64,000 bases of DNA from a virus (taxonomy: Duplodnaviria; Caudoviricetes), in IMG/VR virus record IMGVR_UViG_3300042904_000419, positions 326 to 64,325 of that record; one strand, 5' to 3'. Below are positions 38,551 to 47,460 of the stretch, one piece after another. A program made the position numbers and the translations under genes. The notes under the pieces were generated by a model, which did not search any database, was not told where the DNA came from, and worked only from the letters and a program-made list of their open reading frames with translations. Each line of letters starts with the position of its first letter. Position 1 is the first letter of the stretch.

Positions 38551-38759
38551 CAGGCGGCGACCTCCTCGCGGTCGATCACGCCGGCGGCCCGGAACAGGGC
38601 CTTCCACTTCGCGAGGGTCGTAGCTGACACCCCCAGGAATGCCGCCTGCGCCTCGCGGGTCTCGTACTCGCGAACGGCCTGCGCCACGATCTCCTCGATC
38701 GGCTTCCCGTGGTGGCGCTCCAGCATCCGCATGTAAGTGCTCTTCTCGCTCGCTTGCAT
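38550..38759 (-). CDS. Cro-like HTH protein
   Basis: AAFLGVSATTLAKW; divergent from the repressor. Confidence 0.7.
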   Translation of the reverse strand: MQASEKSTYMRMLERHHGKPIEEIVAQAVREYETREAQAAFLGVSATTLAKWKALFRAAGVIDREEVAA

Positions 38760-38775
38760 CGGTGGTCCCTGAATA

Positions 38776-38846
38776 AAGAAGTCGGTTATCTCACTTCTTC
38801 ACCACTATAGACGGTCGATCCTTCCGCAAGTTGCAAAGAAGTGAGA
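38776..38846. promoter_or_regulatory. lysis/lysogeny switch operators
   Basis: AT-rich gap; inverted 11-mer TCTCACTTCTT (38789-38799) / AAGAAGTGAGA (38836-38846); partial copy AAGAAGT at 38776. Confidence 0.65.
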
Positions 38847-38927
38847 AACTTTTTTTATCCAGGGGCGTTCGTTAGGTTGATGACCACACTAGCGCTCGAA
38901 GTCCGCCCCTCGGTAAGGGTCGGCCCC

Positions 38928-39398
38928 ATGGAGTTCAGCCGTAAGTTCCGGGAGCTGGTAGCAGGCGAGCTACAGCGCGACGTGGCTAACAAGCTACAGT
39001 TCACGGCGTCGCGCATCAGCCAGATCATGCGGGGCGAGAAGCCCAGCCGCGAGTTCGTGGAGCGGGTGATCGAGGTCTACGGCGTCGATCGCGAGGAATG
39101 GCTGGGATATGCCGGCTTCGGTCCGAAGGGCCCCACGGACGAGCGCGAGGACCTGATTCGGCGGACCACCGAGGAGGTGCTGCGGGCCACGTCGTCTGCC
39201 TACCAGGCCCTTAGCGCCGCCTCCTGGTTCCTGGCGGAATACGCCCGGATCCAACACGCCCACCCGCACCTCTTCATCCCGCTTCCGTCGCTGCGCGGCG
39301 GCATCGAGGGGCTGACGATGGAGGGCGCGAAAGACCTCATCCGGCTCACGGAAGAACTGATTGCCGAGGGCAAGTTCGGGCCGCGGCCGCTCTCCTGA
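38928..39398 (+). CDS. CI-like XRE repressor
   Basis: QRDVANKL..T.S.ISQI.RG...PS HTH; upstream of ImmA-like gene and integrase; start could be 38880. Confidence 0.8.
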   Translation: MEFSRKFRELVAGELQRDVANKLQFTASRISQIMRGEKPSREFVERVIEVYGVDREEWLGYAGFGPKGPTDEREDLIRRTTEEVLRATSSAYQALSAASWFLAEYARIQHAHPHLFIPLPSLRGGIEGLTMEGAKDLIRLTEELIAEGKFGPRPLS

Positions 39399-39553
39399 TT
39401 CCGGCGGCATCGGGCGCTCACGCCTGCTCGTTGAGCGCACCCGGCCGAGGGACACCAAAAGACACCGCGTGTGACAGTGTTCAGTGGATTCCGGGCCTCC
39501 GTTACGCAAACATAAGTTGCCATTGAAGCACTGACATGTGACGGGAGACGGGA

Positions 39554-40072
39554 ATGGGAGAGGCAGGGCGGGGGCGGCTGCGTTTGGCGTTTGCAGACCT
39601 GGTGGAGGTGGAGGAGGTCGTGGAGCAGCTACGGTTTATGGTGGGGCTGGAAGAGGGGGAGGTGCCGTCGACGTCCGACGCCTGGCGGCTGGCCGCGTTC
39701 ACGCCGCAACTGGAGATCGAACTCCGCAATAGCCGCACGGCCGTGAGTTGGATCCGGGCGGATCGGCAGGCGATCGTGTGCCTTCCCGACACCTGGGACG
39801 AGGCGACCCTGGAACGGGCGCTCCTGGAGGAGTGCGGACACGTCCTGTTCACCATTCGCGCGTTCGATGCGCTTTCGGACACCCGAGGCGCGGAGCGACT
39901 GTTCCGCCTCTGGGAGCAGCGCGACGAAGCCAAGGTGCGCGCCTTCATGCTCTGCTGGCTGATCCCGCGAGGGCGACTCCTGGAGTTCATGGGACGAGAG
40001 CCGGAACTCGCGGAACTGTGCCGCTGTACCGAGCAGGAGGTCTGGGATCGCCTGGAGCTCTGGGGAGGGTAG
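39554..40072 (+). CDS. ImmA/IrrE-like metallopeptidase-family protein
   Basis: LLEECGHVL, later E..V..F...WLIP; between repressor and integrase. Confidence 0.7.
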   Translation: MGEAGRGRLRLAFADLVEVEEVVEQLRFMVGLEEGEVPSTSDAWRLAAFTPQLEIELRNSRTAVSWIRADRQAIVCLPDTWDEATLERALLEECGHVLFTIRAFDALSDTRGAERLFRLWEQRDEAKVRAFMLCWLIPRGRLLEFMGREPELAELCRCTEQEVWDRLELWGG

Positions 40073-40075
40073 GCC

Positions 40076-41215
40076 ATGGCCTCGGGACACGTGCGGAAGC
40101 GGACCTCGACCTGGGCCTACGTGCTGGAGCTGCCGAAGGGGCTGGACGGGAAGCGCCGGCAGCAGTGGGTGAGCGGCTTCAAGACGAAGAAGGCAGCGCA
40201 GGCGGCGCTCAACCAGGCCCTGGCGGACCTGGAGAGCGGCGGCTGGTCGGAAGCATCCAAACTCACCGTCGCGGAGTATCTGGCGAAGTGGCTGGCGATC
40301 GTGGCGCCGGGGGTGAAGCCGGCCACCCTTCACGCCTACCGGCGCGAGTGCAGCACCCTGAGCGTCGTGTTCGGGGAGCTCCCCCTCGCGCGGCTCACTA
40401 CCCTCCACCTGCGCGAGTGGTACCCGAAGGCCCTGGCGGCCGGCGTCTCCCACGGGAAGCTCGCCTACACGCAAACGATCCTCTCCATGGCCCTGAAGGC
40501 GGCGGTGCAGATGGACCTGGTGCGGAAGAACGTGGCGTCCGCCGCGCCTCCGCCGAAGCGCCCGCTGTCCGACGAGCCGGAGCCGCCGCCGGCGCTGGCG
40601 CAGGAGGAGGTCCTGCGGATGCTGGCGGCGCTCCCGGAATGGATGCGGATCCTCACCATTGTCACGGTGGCCACCGGTCTTCGCCGCGGGGAAGTGCTGG
40701 CGCTCCGCTGGTCGGACGTGGACCTGGAGCACGGGATGCTGCGCACCCGGCAGAACCTGGTGCCGCTCCCGAATGGGGGGCTGGCGTTCTCCTCGCTCAA
40801 GACGCAGAAGTCCCGCCGGGAAGTGAGCCTCAGCCCGAAGCTGGTAGCGCTCCTGCGTGAGCACCGCGCGGCGCAGTGCCAGGTGCGGGCCCTGCTCGGT
40901 CCGGACTACCAGGAGCATTACGACCTGGTGTTCCCCCGTTCGGACGGCTCGCCGCGGAACCCTAACGTGGTCACCGACACCTGGAGTAACATCCGCCGGA
41001 AGCTCGACCTCCCCTACACCTTCCACGATCTCCGCCACACGCAGGCGACGCTGCTCATGGAGGCCGGGGTCCCGGATAAGGTCGTCAGCGCCCGCCTCGG
41101 GCACGCGAAGACGAAGACCACGCAGGACCTGTACTCCCACGTCCGCCTGGTCTCCCAGAACCAGGCGGCGGCGGCCGTCGAGACCTGGCTGGAAGGGCTG
41201 GACGGGGCGGGTTAA
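40076..41215 (+). CDS. int: tyrosine integrase
   Basis: TGLRRGE, FHDLRH, RLGH, DLYSH; N-terminal arm-binding GFKTKK.A. Confidence 0.95.
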   Translation: MASGHVRKRTSTWAYVLELPKGLDGKRRQQWVSGFKTKKAAQAALNQALADLESGGWSEASKLTVAEYLAKWLAIVAPGVKPATLHAYRRECSTLSVVFGELPLARLTTLHLREWYPKALAAGVSHGKLAYTQTILSMALKAAVQMDLVRKNVASAAPPPKRPLSDEPEPPPALAQEEVLRMLAALPEWMRILTIVTVATGLRRGEVLALRWSDVDLEHGMLRTRQNLVPLPNGGLAFSSLKTQKSRREVSLSPKLVALLREHRAAQCQVRALLGPDYQEHYDLVFPRSDGSPRNPNVVTDTWSNIRRKLDLPYTFHDLRHTQATLLMEAGVPDKVVSARLGHAKTKTTQDLYSHVRLVSQNQAAAAVETWLEGLDGAG

Positions 41216-41236
41216 GGGGCGTTTTTCTGCCCTCCG

Positions 41237-41533
41237 TTTGCAAATCGCTTGCAAAGGCCCTGTTCGCGGAGCTCTCCAGGCACGAAATAAGGCCACCTGT
41301 GCAAATGGCCCATTATACCCCGCCCCTGCACCCAGGGGAAGTTAGGCCACGTTCCGGCGGGCTCCAGGCACGAGCGACGGGGTCGGAATCGGGTAAATGC
41401 CCCCGTTGGCTGCGTCTCCGTGCGTTCCGGCGTTTGCAAAGTGGAGAGCGGCGCGAGATTGGCACTTCCTGCCCCCGGATTTGCTGGACGCGCGACTCTG
41501 CCTGTGGTAAATGGCAAACAGATGTTTGCAATT
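41237..41533. other. probable intact attP with arm-type repeats
   Basis: Non-coding ~330 bp after int; (G)TTTGCAAA-like motifs at ~41237, 41248, 41432, 41525; CTCCAGGCACGA at 41274 and 41362. Confidence 0.6.
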
Positions 41534-41553
41534 ACCGAACAGGAGACGCAGAG

Positions 41554-42051
41554 ATGTTCGATCGGACGTGCGGGAAGTGCGGGGCCGGGCTGCGCGCCCG
41601 GGATCAGGGTTGCCGGAACTGCAACAAGACAGTGACCTCCGCCAAGACGGAAATCGCCAAGCCGACGGTACCGAAGCGCCACCGCGGCGACTCCGCCGGT
41701 ATCCGCATCCCCGCGCCGGTGGCGGAGGTCGTCCAATCGCCGGCGCTCGTGTTGGCGTCGCGGGCGAGTGAGCCGGCTCCGGACCTGGTGCTGGACGTGC
41801 CAGCGGAGAAGCCGAAGAAGGGGACCGGGCGCAAGCGGGCCGCGAAGGAGGCCCCGGCGCCGCTGCCGCTGGAGGTGACCGAGCCGGTGGAGCCTCCGGT
41901 CGAACTGGTGGCGGAGAGCACCGAGACGACTCCGGACGTGTCGGACGCGCTGGCGCCCGCACCGGTGGAGATCGTCCCCGCGCCGGAGCCCGAGCCGTTA
42001 GTGGTGGAATCTGCAGAGCCCAGCGAGCCCGCTCCGGAGGTCATCCCGTGA
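41554..42051 (+). CDS. zinc-ribbon protein with Pro/Glu-rich disordered tail
   Basis: CGKCG...CRNC; AGGAG SD. Confidence 0.7.
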   Translation: MFDRTCGKCGAGLRARDQGCRNCNKTVTSAKTEIAKPTVPKRHRGDSAGIRIPAPVAEVVQSPALVLASRASEPAPDLVLDVPAEKPKKGTGRKRAAKEAPAPLPLEVTEPVEPPVELVAESTETTPDVSDALAPAPVEIVPAPEPEPLVVESAEPSEPAPEVIP

Positions 42052-42275
42052 GCCGGCTCCTCGCGCTCGAACTGGCGGAGCCGGACGCGCTCGGGGTCCG
42101 CTGGGCGACGGCGCAGCGAGACGGGCGAACGTATGTTTCCTGTCGCTGGCCTGATGACACCGAACTCGTCGAGGTGCGCCACGAAGCGCATGGCGTCCGC
42201 TACTCGCGCCGGCTGAAGAGCGGGCCGCGGTGGTTGGCCTGGAAGCCCCTGGAGGTGAGCGGTGCGCGTGCGTAA
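42048..42275 (+). CDS. hypothetical protein
   Basis: GTGA overlap, GGAGG SD. Confidence 0.6.
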   Translation: MSRLLALELAEPDALGVRWATAQRDGRTYVSCRWPDDTELVEVRHEAHGVRYSRRLKSGPRWLAWKPLEVSGARA

Positions 42276-42588
42276 GACCATCCTGCAGCCCTTGAACCTG
42301 CCGCAGGCCGTCCGCGTGGTGGCCAGCGCCTCCGGGGCGCCGCAGAGCGTCGACGGAGTGCGGGTCGTGGAGCTCCTCGACCGCTGGCGGGTAGACGACA
42401 CCTGGTGGCGGGAGCCGCTCTGCCGCATGTACTTCCAGGTGCTCCTCGTGGACGAGCGGACGCTCACCATCTACCACGACCGGATCGCGGGCACCTGGCA
42501 CCGGCAGCCGTATGGGGAGCCGGGGATGCCGGGGTTCGTGGCGCCCCGGCCGCCGGAGGAGGTGCGTGGAGATTCCCGCGACGAGTGA
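42262..42588 (+). CDS. DUF6504-like protein
   Basis: V.E.LDRWR....WW......R.YF.V......IY.D...G.W. Confidence 0.7.
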   Translation: MRVRKTILQPLNLPQAVRVVASASGAPQSVDGVRVVELLDRWRVDDTWWREPLCRMYFQVLLVDERTLTIYHDRIAGTWHRQPYGEPGMPGFVAPRPPEEVRGDSRDE

Positions 42589-42763
42589 AGGACTCTCGCC
42601 CCGCCCCGGTGAACTGATCCCCAGCGAGTCCCCCTCGCGCCCGTCACAGGCTCCACCCTGCCCCCTTTCACGGAGGCAGGACTGTGCAAACCCAATCCCA
42701 GGACCCCATAGCTACTCCCGCCGAGGCTCCGTCAGCCGCGGCGGTTTGTGCGCTTGAGACGAG

Positions 42764-44752
42764 GTGCTGCCTGTGAGCACCGGTGTCTCTCCGACGATCT
42801 ACGCCGTCGATCTCTTCTGCGGCGCCGGTGGCTTCAGCTCCGGCCTCGCGTTGGCCGCCGCGGAGCTGGGCCTCGACCTCGACCTGCTGGCGATCAACCA
42901 CTGGCAGGTGGCGGTGGAGACTCACAGCAAGAACCACCCGGCCGCGCGGCACCTCTGCCAATCGATCGAGACCGTTAACCCCCGGGAAGCGGTGCCCGGC
43001 GGCAAACTGAACCTGCTCCTCGCCTCCCCGGAATGCACGCACTTCAGCTCGGCCCGGGGCGGGAAGCCGATGAGCGAGCAGCGCCGCGCCACGCCCTGGT
43101 GTATCCTGCGCTGGTTGGACGCCCTCGACGTCGAGTCGGTGGTAATCGAGAACGTCCCGGAGTTCGTGACCTGGGGGCCGCTCCACCCGGCGGACCACAA
43201 GGACGAGAAGAAGCGGGACCGACCGGTCGAGAAAGACAAGGGCAAGTACTTCCGCAACTTCGTCCGGAACCTCCAGAGCCTCGGCTACCGGGTCGACTGG
43301 CGGGTCCTCAACGCGGCGGATTACGGCGCGGCCACCACCCGGAAACGGCTGTTCCTGCTGGCCCGTAAGACGCGGCGACCGATCCGCTGGCCGGAGCCGA
43401 CGCACGGGAAGGCGACGGGGTCTGTGCAAGGCGACCTCGGCCTGAGTGCCGTGCGTCTCCCCTGGCGAGCGGCGCGGGAGATCATCGACTGGGAGCTCAA
43501 GGGCGAGTCGATCTATGAGCGCAAGCGACCCCTCGCGCCGAACACCCTGGCGCGGATCATGGCCGGGCTGGAGAAGTTCAGCGGGCTCCCGTTCATCGTC
43601 GGCGCGGGCGGACCCACGAATGGCGGGAACCCGCAGAGTGTGGAGAGTCCGCTAGGAGCACTCCTGACGGAGAACCACCGCGCCCTCTGCGAGCCGTTCC
43701 TGGTGGTTCTCCGCAATCACGCGGACGGCCGGAGCCTGGACGAACCGGTGCCGGCGCTCGCAGCCAACGGGACTCACGTCGGGATTGCGGAGCCGTTCCT
43801 CGTGGGCTTCACCCATTCGAAGCGGGAGAACGGCTGTGTCTACTCCGCAGACTCGCCAGTACCGTGCGTTACCACGAAGGCTGAGGTGGGGATCGCCGAA
43901 CCGTTCCTCGTGAACATGAAAGGGAACTCCGATGCCGCGGACATTAACCTGCCTACCCCCACGATCACAGCAGGCGCTCCGCACCTCTACGCCGCCGAAC
44001 CCTACCTGGTCAGCGTAAACCACGGCCCAGAGGCGCGGGTCCGTGACCTCGACCGGCCGCTGCCGGCACAGACCGGGAAGGGCACCCAGGCACTCATCGA
44101 GCCGTTCCTGATCGGCCAGCAGTCCGGAGCCGTGGCGCGAGGGGTGAGTGGGCCCGGCCCGACCGTGGCCGGTGCCGGGGCGATCAGCCTGGTCGAGCCC
44201 TTCATCCTACCGCATCAGCACGGTAGCAGCGGCCTGGACAACGTGCGGAGCATCGAGGTGCCGCTGCCGTCGGTCACCGGCACCTCGTCGGACATGTTCC
44301 TGGCGGATCCATACCTCGTGGACTTCTACGGCGAGCGGGATGGCCAGGCGCCGCGCTGCCGCAGTGTGGACGACCCCCTGACGACAGTGGCGGGTAGCCG
44401 AACCCACGGACTTGCCCAGCCGTTCCTGCTCCGGTACTCCACGAAGGACCGGCAATCCCAGAGCGTGCATGAGCCGCTGGGCTGCGTGGATACCACCGAT
44501 CGGTACGCGCTCGTGCATCCGGAGTTGGTGCGGAGCGGGCAGGTGCAGGGGGAGGTGGTCGGCTACCTGGATATCCGGTTCCGAATGCTGCAGCCGCATG
44601 AGCTCGCCGCGGCGATGAGCTTCCCGGAAACCTACACCTTTACCGGCAACCGGGAACAGGTGGTTAAGCAGATCGGAAACGCCGTGGACGTGAGCCAGGC
44701 CAAGGCGCTCTGCGGCGCGGTGCTCAAGAGCTTTCTGGGGGTTACCCCATGA
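42764..44752 (+). CDS. DNA C5-cytosine methyltransferase with repeated variable region
   Basis: DLFCGAGG, SPECT, ENV, R.RLF, KQIGNAV; about nine EPF(L)/PYL-anchored repeats. Confidence 0.95.
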   Translation: MLPVSTGVSPTIYAVDLFCGAGGFSSGLALAAAELGLDLDLLAINHWQVAVETHSKNHPAARHLCQSIETVNPREAVPGGKLNLLLASPECTHFSSARGGKPMSEQRRATPWCILRWLDALDVESVVIENVPEFVTWGPLHPADHKDEKKRDRPVEKDKGKYFRNFVRNLQSLGYRVDWRVLNAADYGAATTRKRLFLLARKTRRPIRWPEPTHGKATGSVQGDLGLSAVRLPWRAAREIIDWELKGESIYERKRPLAPNTLARIMAGLEKFSGLPFIVGAGGPTNGGNPQSVESPLGALLTENHRALCEPFLVVLRNHADGRSLDEPVPALAANGTHVGIAEPFLVGFTHSKRENGCVYSADSPVPCVTTKAEVGIAEPFLVNMKGNSDAADINLPTPTITAGAPHLYAAEPYLVSVNHGPEARVRDLDRPLPAQTGKGTQALIEPFLIGQQSGAVARGVSGPGPTVAGAGAISLVEPFILPHQHGSSGLDNVRSIEVPLPSVTGTSSDMFLADPYLVDFYGERDGQAPRCRSVDDPLTTVAGSRTHGLAQPFLLRYSTKDRQSQSVHEPLGCVDTTDRYALVHPELVRSGQVQGEVVGYLDIRFRMLQPHELAAAMSFPETYTFTGNREQVVKQIGNAVDVSQAKALCGAVLKSFLGVTP

Positions 44753-45006
44753 GCCACCGCCCCGCCTATCGCCAGCCCGCCCCGCCCCGCGGCCTGATCG
44801 GTCCCACGGGCGGCCCGGGACACCAGGGGTCCGACGACGCGCCCACGGACGCCGAGGCGGCGGTGATCCTGCGCGACCGCCCCGGGACTCGTGCGCTGAT
44901 CCGCGACCTGCTGACCCGAGCAGACGTCGCCAGCGACCCCCGGCGCGCGCGGGGACTGGTGCAGGAGGCGGAGGCTTGGGCGCGGACGCTGGAGGTGCGG
45001 AAGTGA
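44749..45006 (+). CDS. hypothetical protein
   Basis: ATGA overlap chain. Confidence 0.55.
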   Translation: MSHRPAYRQPAPPRGLIGPTGGPGHQGSDDAPTDAEAAVILRDRPGTRALIRDLLTRADVASDPRRARGLVQEAEAWARTLEVRK

Positions 45007-45296
45007 GCCAGCTTTGGCGTGATACGGCCGGAGTGTTTCCGCTCTGGCAGCGGGCGTGCTTCCTGCTTGCGGTGGACGCGATGCGCCGTCGCCGCTGGCG
45101 TCTCCTGTCCTGGCTGGGTTGGCGGCGCGAGGAGCTGGAGTTGATCTCACCAACTGGTGAGCCGCAAGGAGTGAAGACGGTCTGGCTGTTGGCCGTGCGG
45201 AACGGCGAGGGGCTGCTGATCGAGGTCCTTTCCTCGAACGGGCGGCGCACCTGGTATGAGCTGAGCCGCAGTGACCTGAGCGAGGCCACCCCATGA
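45003..45296 (+). CDS. hypothetical protein
   Basis: GTGA overlap, GGAGG SD. Confidence 0.55.
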   Translation: MSQLWRDTAGVFPLWQRACFLLAVDAMRRRRWRLLSWLGWRREELELISPTGEPQGVKTVWLLAVRNGEGLLIEVLSSNGRRTWYELSRSDLSEATP

Positions 45297-45571
45297 GCTG
45301 CTACGTGGACGAGCTCCGCGACTACCGGCAGCGCCACGACCTCCCGCCCCGGATGCGCCGGGAGTGGTGCCACCTGACCGCGGACACCGAAGACGAGCTG
45401 CACGCGTTCGCGGCGCGATTGGGAATGCGCCGGGAGTGGTTTCAGGATCACCCCCGGCCGGAGCGGCGGCACTACGATCTGACGCGGGAGCGGCGAGAGC
45501 GGGCGGTGCGCGCGGGGGCTTTATCCGTTCCGGCGCGTGAACGGCTGAAGGCGGCGAGGGCTAACCCATGA
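45293..45571 (+). CDS. DUF4031 protein
   Basis: YVD, WCHL.ADT..ELHAFA.RLG..R.WFQ, HYDLT..RR..A...GA. Confidence 0.9.
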   Translation: MSCYVDELRDYRQRHDLPPRMRREWCHLTADTEDELHAFAARLGMRREWFQDHPRPERRHYDLTRERRERAVRAGALSVPARERLKAARANP

Positions 45572-45798
45572 CTGCCCCCACCCCCACCCTCGGCGCCCGC
45601 ATCCGGCAGCGCCGCGAGGCCCTGCGGCTCACCCAGGAGCAGCTCGCCACGCGGGCGGGGATCACGCGGCAGTCGCTCTCCCGGATCGAGTGCGGCGGCC
45701 ATGAGGTCTACTGGGATACGGCCTGTAAGCTGGCGGATGCCCTGGGGGTCACCCTGGACGCACTGCGGGATGTCAAATCTACGTTGCAAAGCTCGTAG
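45568..45798 (+). CDS. XRE-family HTH regulator
   Basis: LTQEQLA..AGITRQSLSRIE.G. Confidence 0.9.
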   Translation: MTAPTPTLGARIRQRREALRLTQEQLATRAGITRQSLSRIECGGHEVYWDTACKLADALGVTLDALRDVKSTLQSS

Positions 45799-45858
45799 CG
45801 GATGAGGATTTCTGCGTTAAATAGGCTCAAATACCCGGTGAGGGAGCGACTTACCAGC

Positions 45859-46335
45859 ATGCCAACCGCGACCCATACCGAACGGAAAGCCGCCGAGGAG
45901 CTGCTCACGCAGTACTGCCGGACCGCCCACCTGGGCGAGTTGCAGACGGAGATCGTGCGCCAGCACCTGTGCGCGGGGCGGACGCCGCCGGAACTGCGGG
46001 AGACCTTGCCGACCAAGCCCGGCGCCAAGCCGCTCGGGACGCGCCAGATTCGGGACCTGTTGGATGCCGGACTGCGGCGGGTGTGCGGTCTGCCCGGCGC
46101 GCGCGAGATGCTGCAGCAGACGGTAACCGCAGAGCAGTTCGAGCGGATCACGGACCGGGAGAGCCTCCCGCCGACGGTGGGCGAGTTGATGGACGGCCCA
46201 CGGCGACCAGAGCCCGGCCGGCGCTTTTACGGGCGCGAGTGGACCACCATGTGCTTCCTGCCGGGGCAGGAGACGAAGAAAGGCGAGCGAGGCGTACCGG
46301 TGCGGCTGGTGGAGGAGATCCGCCGCCCCTGGTAA
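45859..46335 (+). CDS. hypothetical protein, possible late transcription regulator
   Basis: Last gene before the late non-coding region; sigma-region-4-like helical pattern is an inference. Confidence 0.5.
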   Translation: MPTATHTERKAAEELLTQYCRTAHLGELQTEIVRQHLCAGRTPPELRETLPTKPGAKPLGTRQIRDLLDAGLRRVCGLPGAREMLQQTVTAEQFERITDRESLPPTVGELMDGPRRPEPGRRFYGREWTTMCFLPGQETKKGERGVPVRLVEEIRRPW

Positions 46336-46339
46336 GACG

Positions 46340-46900
46340 AGCAGGGTTAGTATCCGGCCCGGATCCGGGAGAGGCCGTGAGGCCACATCCGCGATGGCTC
46401 GGTGGTTCTTCGCCTCGATAACACGATTTGCCCGGCAAACGGGCGACAGGGTTCGGGAAACGCGGCCTCGAAAACCGCGCGCTCCTTAGTGCCGCAAGGC
46501 AGCCGCCTCGAAAACGGTAGAGCACCCGAGCAGCATACCCTGCCAGTCACCGGGGATCGGCTCCCGGCCCTACCCGTGCGGGGGCTGCACGGGACCTGAC
46601 GCGGTGGAGCAGTTGGTAGCTCGTCGGCCTCATAAGCCGAAGGTCGGCGGTTCGAGTCCGTCCTGCGTCCCTCCGGTGCGGAACCGGTGTCACGAGCGTG
46701 AGCCATTGACTGGGGCCGGGGAAGCGTTCTCCCCGGCCTCTTCTTTCGTCCGCACCTCGGCGTCACGCTTTACGCAGTCGGGGAGCGATCCCCACTCCGC
46801 GCCCGGACGGGTTCCGGGTAACAGCGGTTTCGCTGTGCCAGTGCTTACTTCAAATCCATGATCCTGGCCCGGAGCCCCCGCTCCGGGCCTTTCTTCATCC
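46340..46900 (+). ncRNA. candidate large structured RNA surrounding tRNA-Met
   Basis: ~560 nt with no credible CDS; nested stems, GCAA tetraloop, two identical CCTCGAAAA loops, closing terminator at 46867-46896. Confidence 0.5.
46598..46670 (+). tRNA. tRNA-Met(CAT), no encoded CCA
   Basis: GACGCGG/CTGCGTC acceptor; GAGC/GCTC D stem; TCGGC-CTCATAA-GCCGA; GGCGG-TTCGAGT-CCGTC. Confidence 0.88.
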
Positions 46901-46924
46901 CGCGCGGTGCGGCGGACCACTTCG

Positions 46925-47206
46925 ATGCAGCTCGAGCTTGGACACCTGATCACCATCGGCTGCTTTCTCTTCGTGCAGAATCTGGCGCTGTGCGTCTTCC
47001 TGTGGAAGGCGGGGGGCTTCGTAGCACGGGTCGAAACCGCGGTGCAGAAGGTCTCCGAGGTCGGACTCCAGACGCAGACCGAGGTGCGGGACACTCGCGC
47101 CGAGCTGCGGGCGCACACCCAGCAGGAAGAGCACCAGTTCCGCGACATGCTCGTCCACCAGACCGTGTTCGACGGCCGCCTCAAGGCCATCGAGGGGCGG
47201 ACCTGA
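46925..47206 (+). CDS. membrane protein with coiled coil (lysis module)
   Basis: N-terminal TM then coiled coil; upstream of the putative endolysin. Confidence 0.6.
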   Translation: MQLELGHLITIGCFLFVQNLALCVFLWKAGGFVARVETAVQKVSEVGLQTQTEVRDTRAELRAHTQQEEHQFRDMLVHQTVFDGRLKAIEGRT

Positions 47207-47460
47207 TGGAGACGCCGCACCCGGCTCGCCGTCGCCGTCGCAAGACCGGTTTCTACCGCGACCGGCACTTCTGGAGCGCGGCGATCGTCGCCCTGCTCCC
47301 CGTGCTGATCAACCACCTGCCGGCCCCCTGGCAGGACCTCGCCATGGAGATTTACGGCGCCCTGGCCGCGGCCGGCATCATCGCGGCGCGCCGCCACAAC
47401 CGGACCGATCTAGGGCTGCGGACGGGGATCTCCTCGACCCAGCCGGAGGACCTGACATGA
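47206..47460 (+). CDS. putative holin
   Basis: Basic N-terminus, R.FW.A motif, two hydrophobic helices. Confidence 0.55.
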   Translation: METPHPARRRRRKTGFYRDRHFWSAAIVALLPVLINHLPAPWQDLAMEIYGALAAAGIIAARRHNRTDLGLRTGISSTQPEDLT

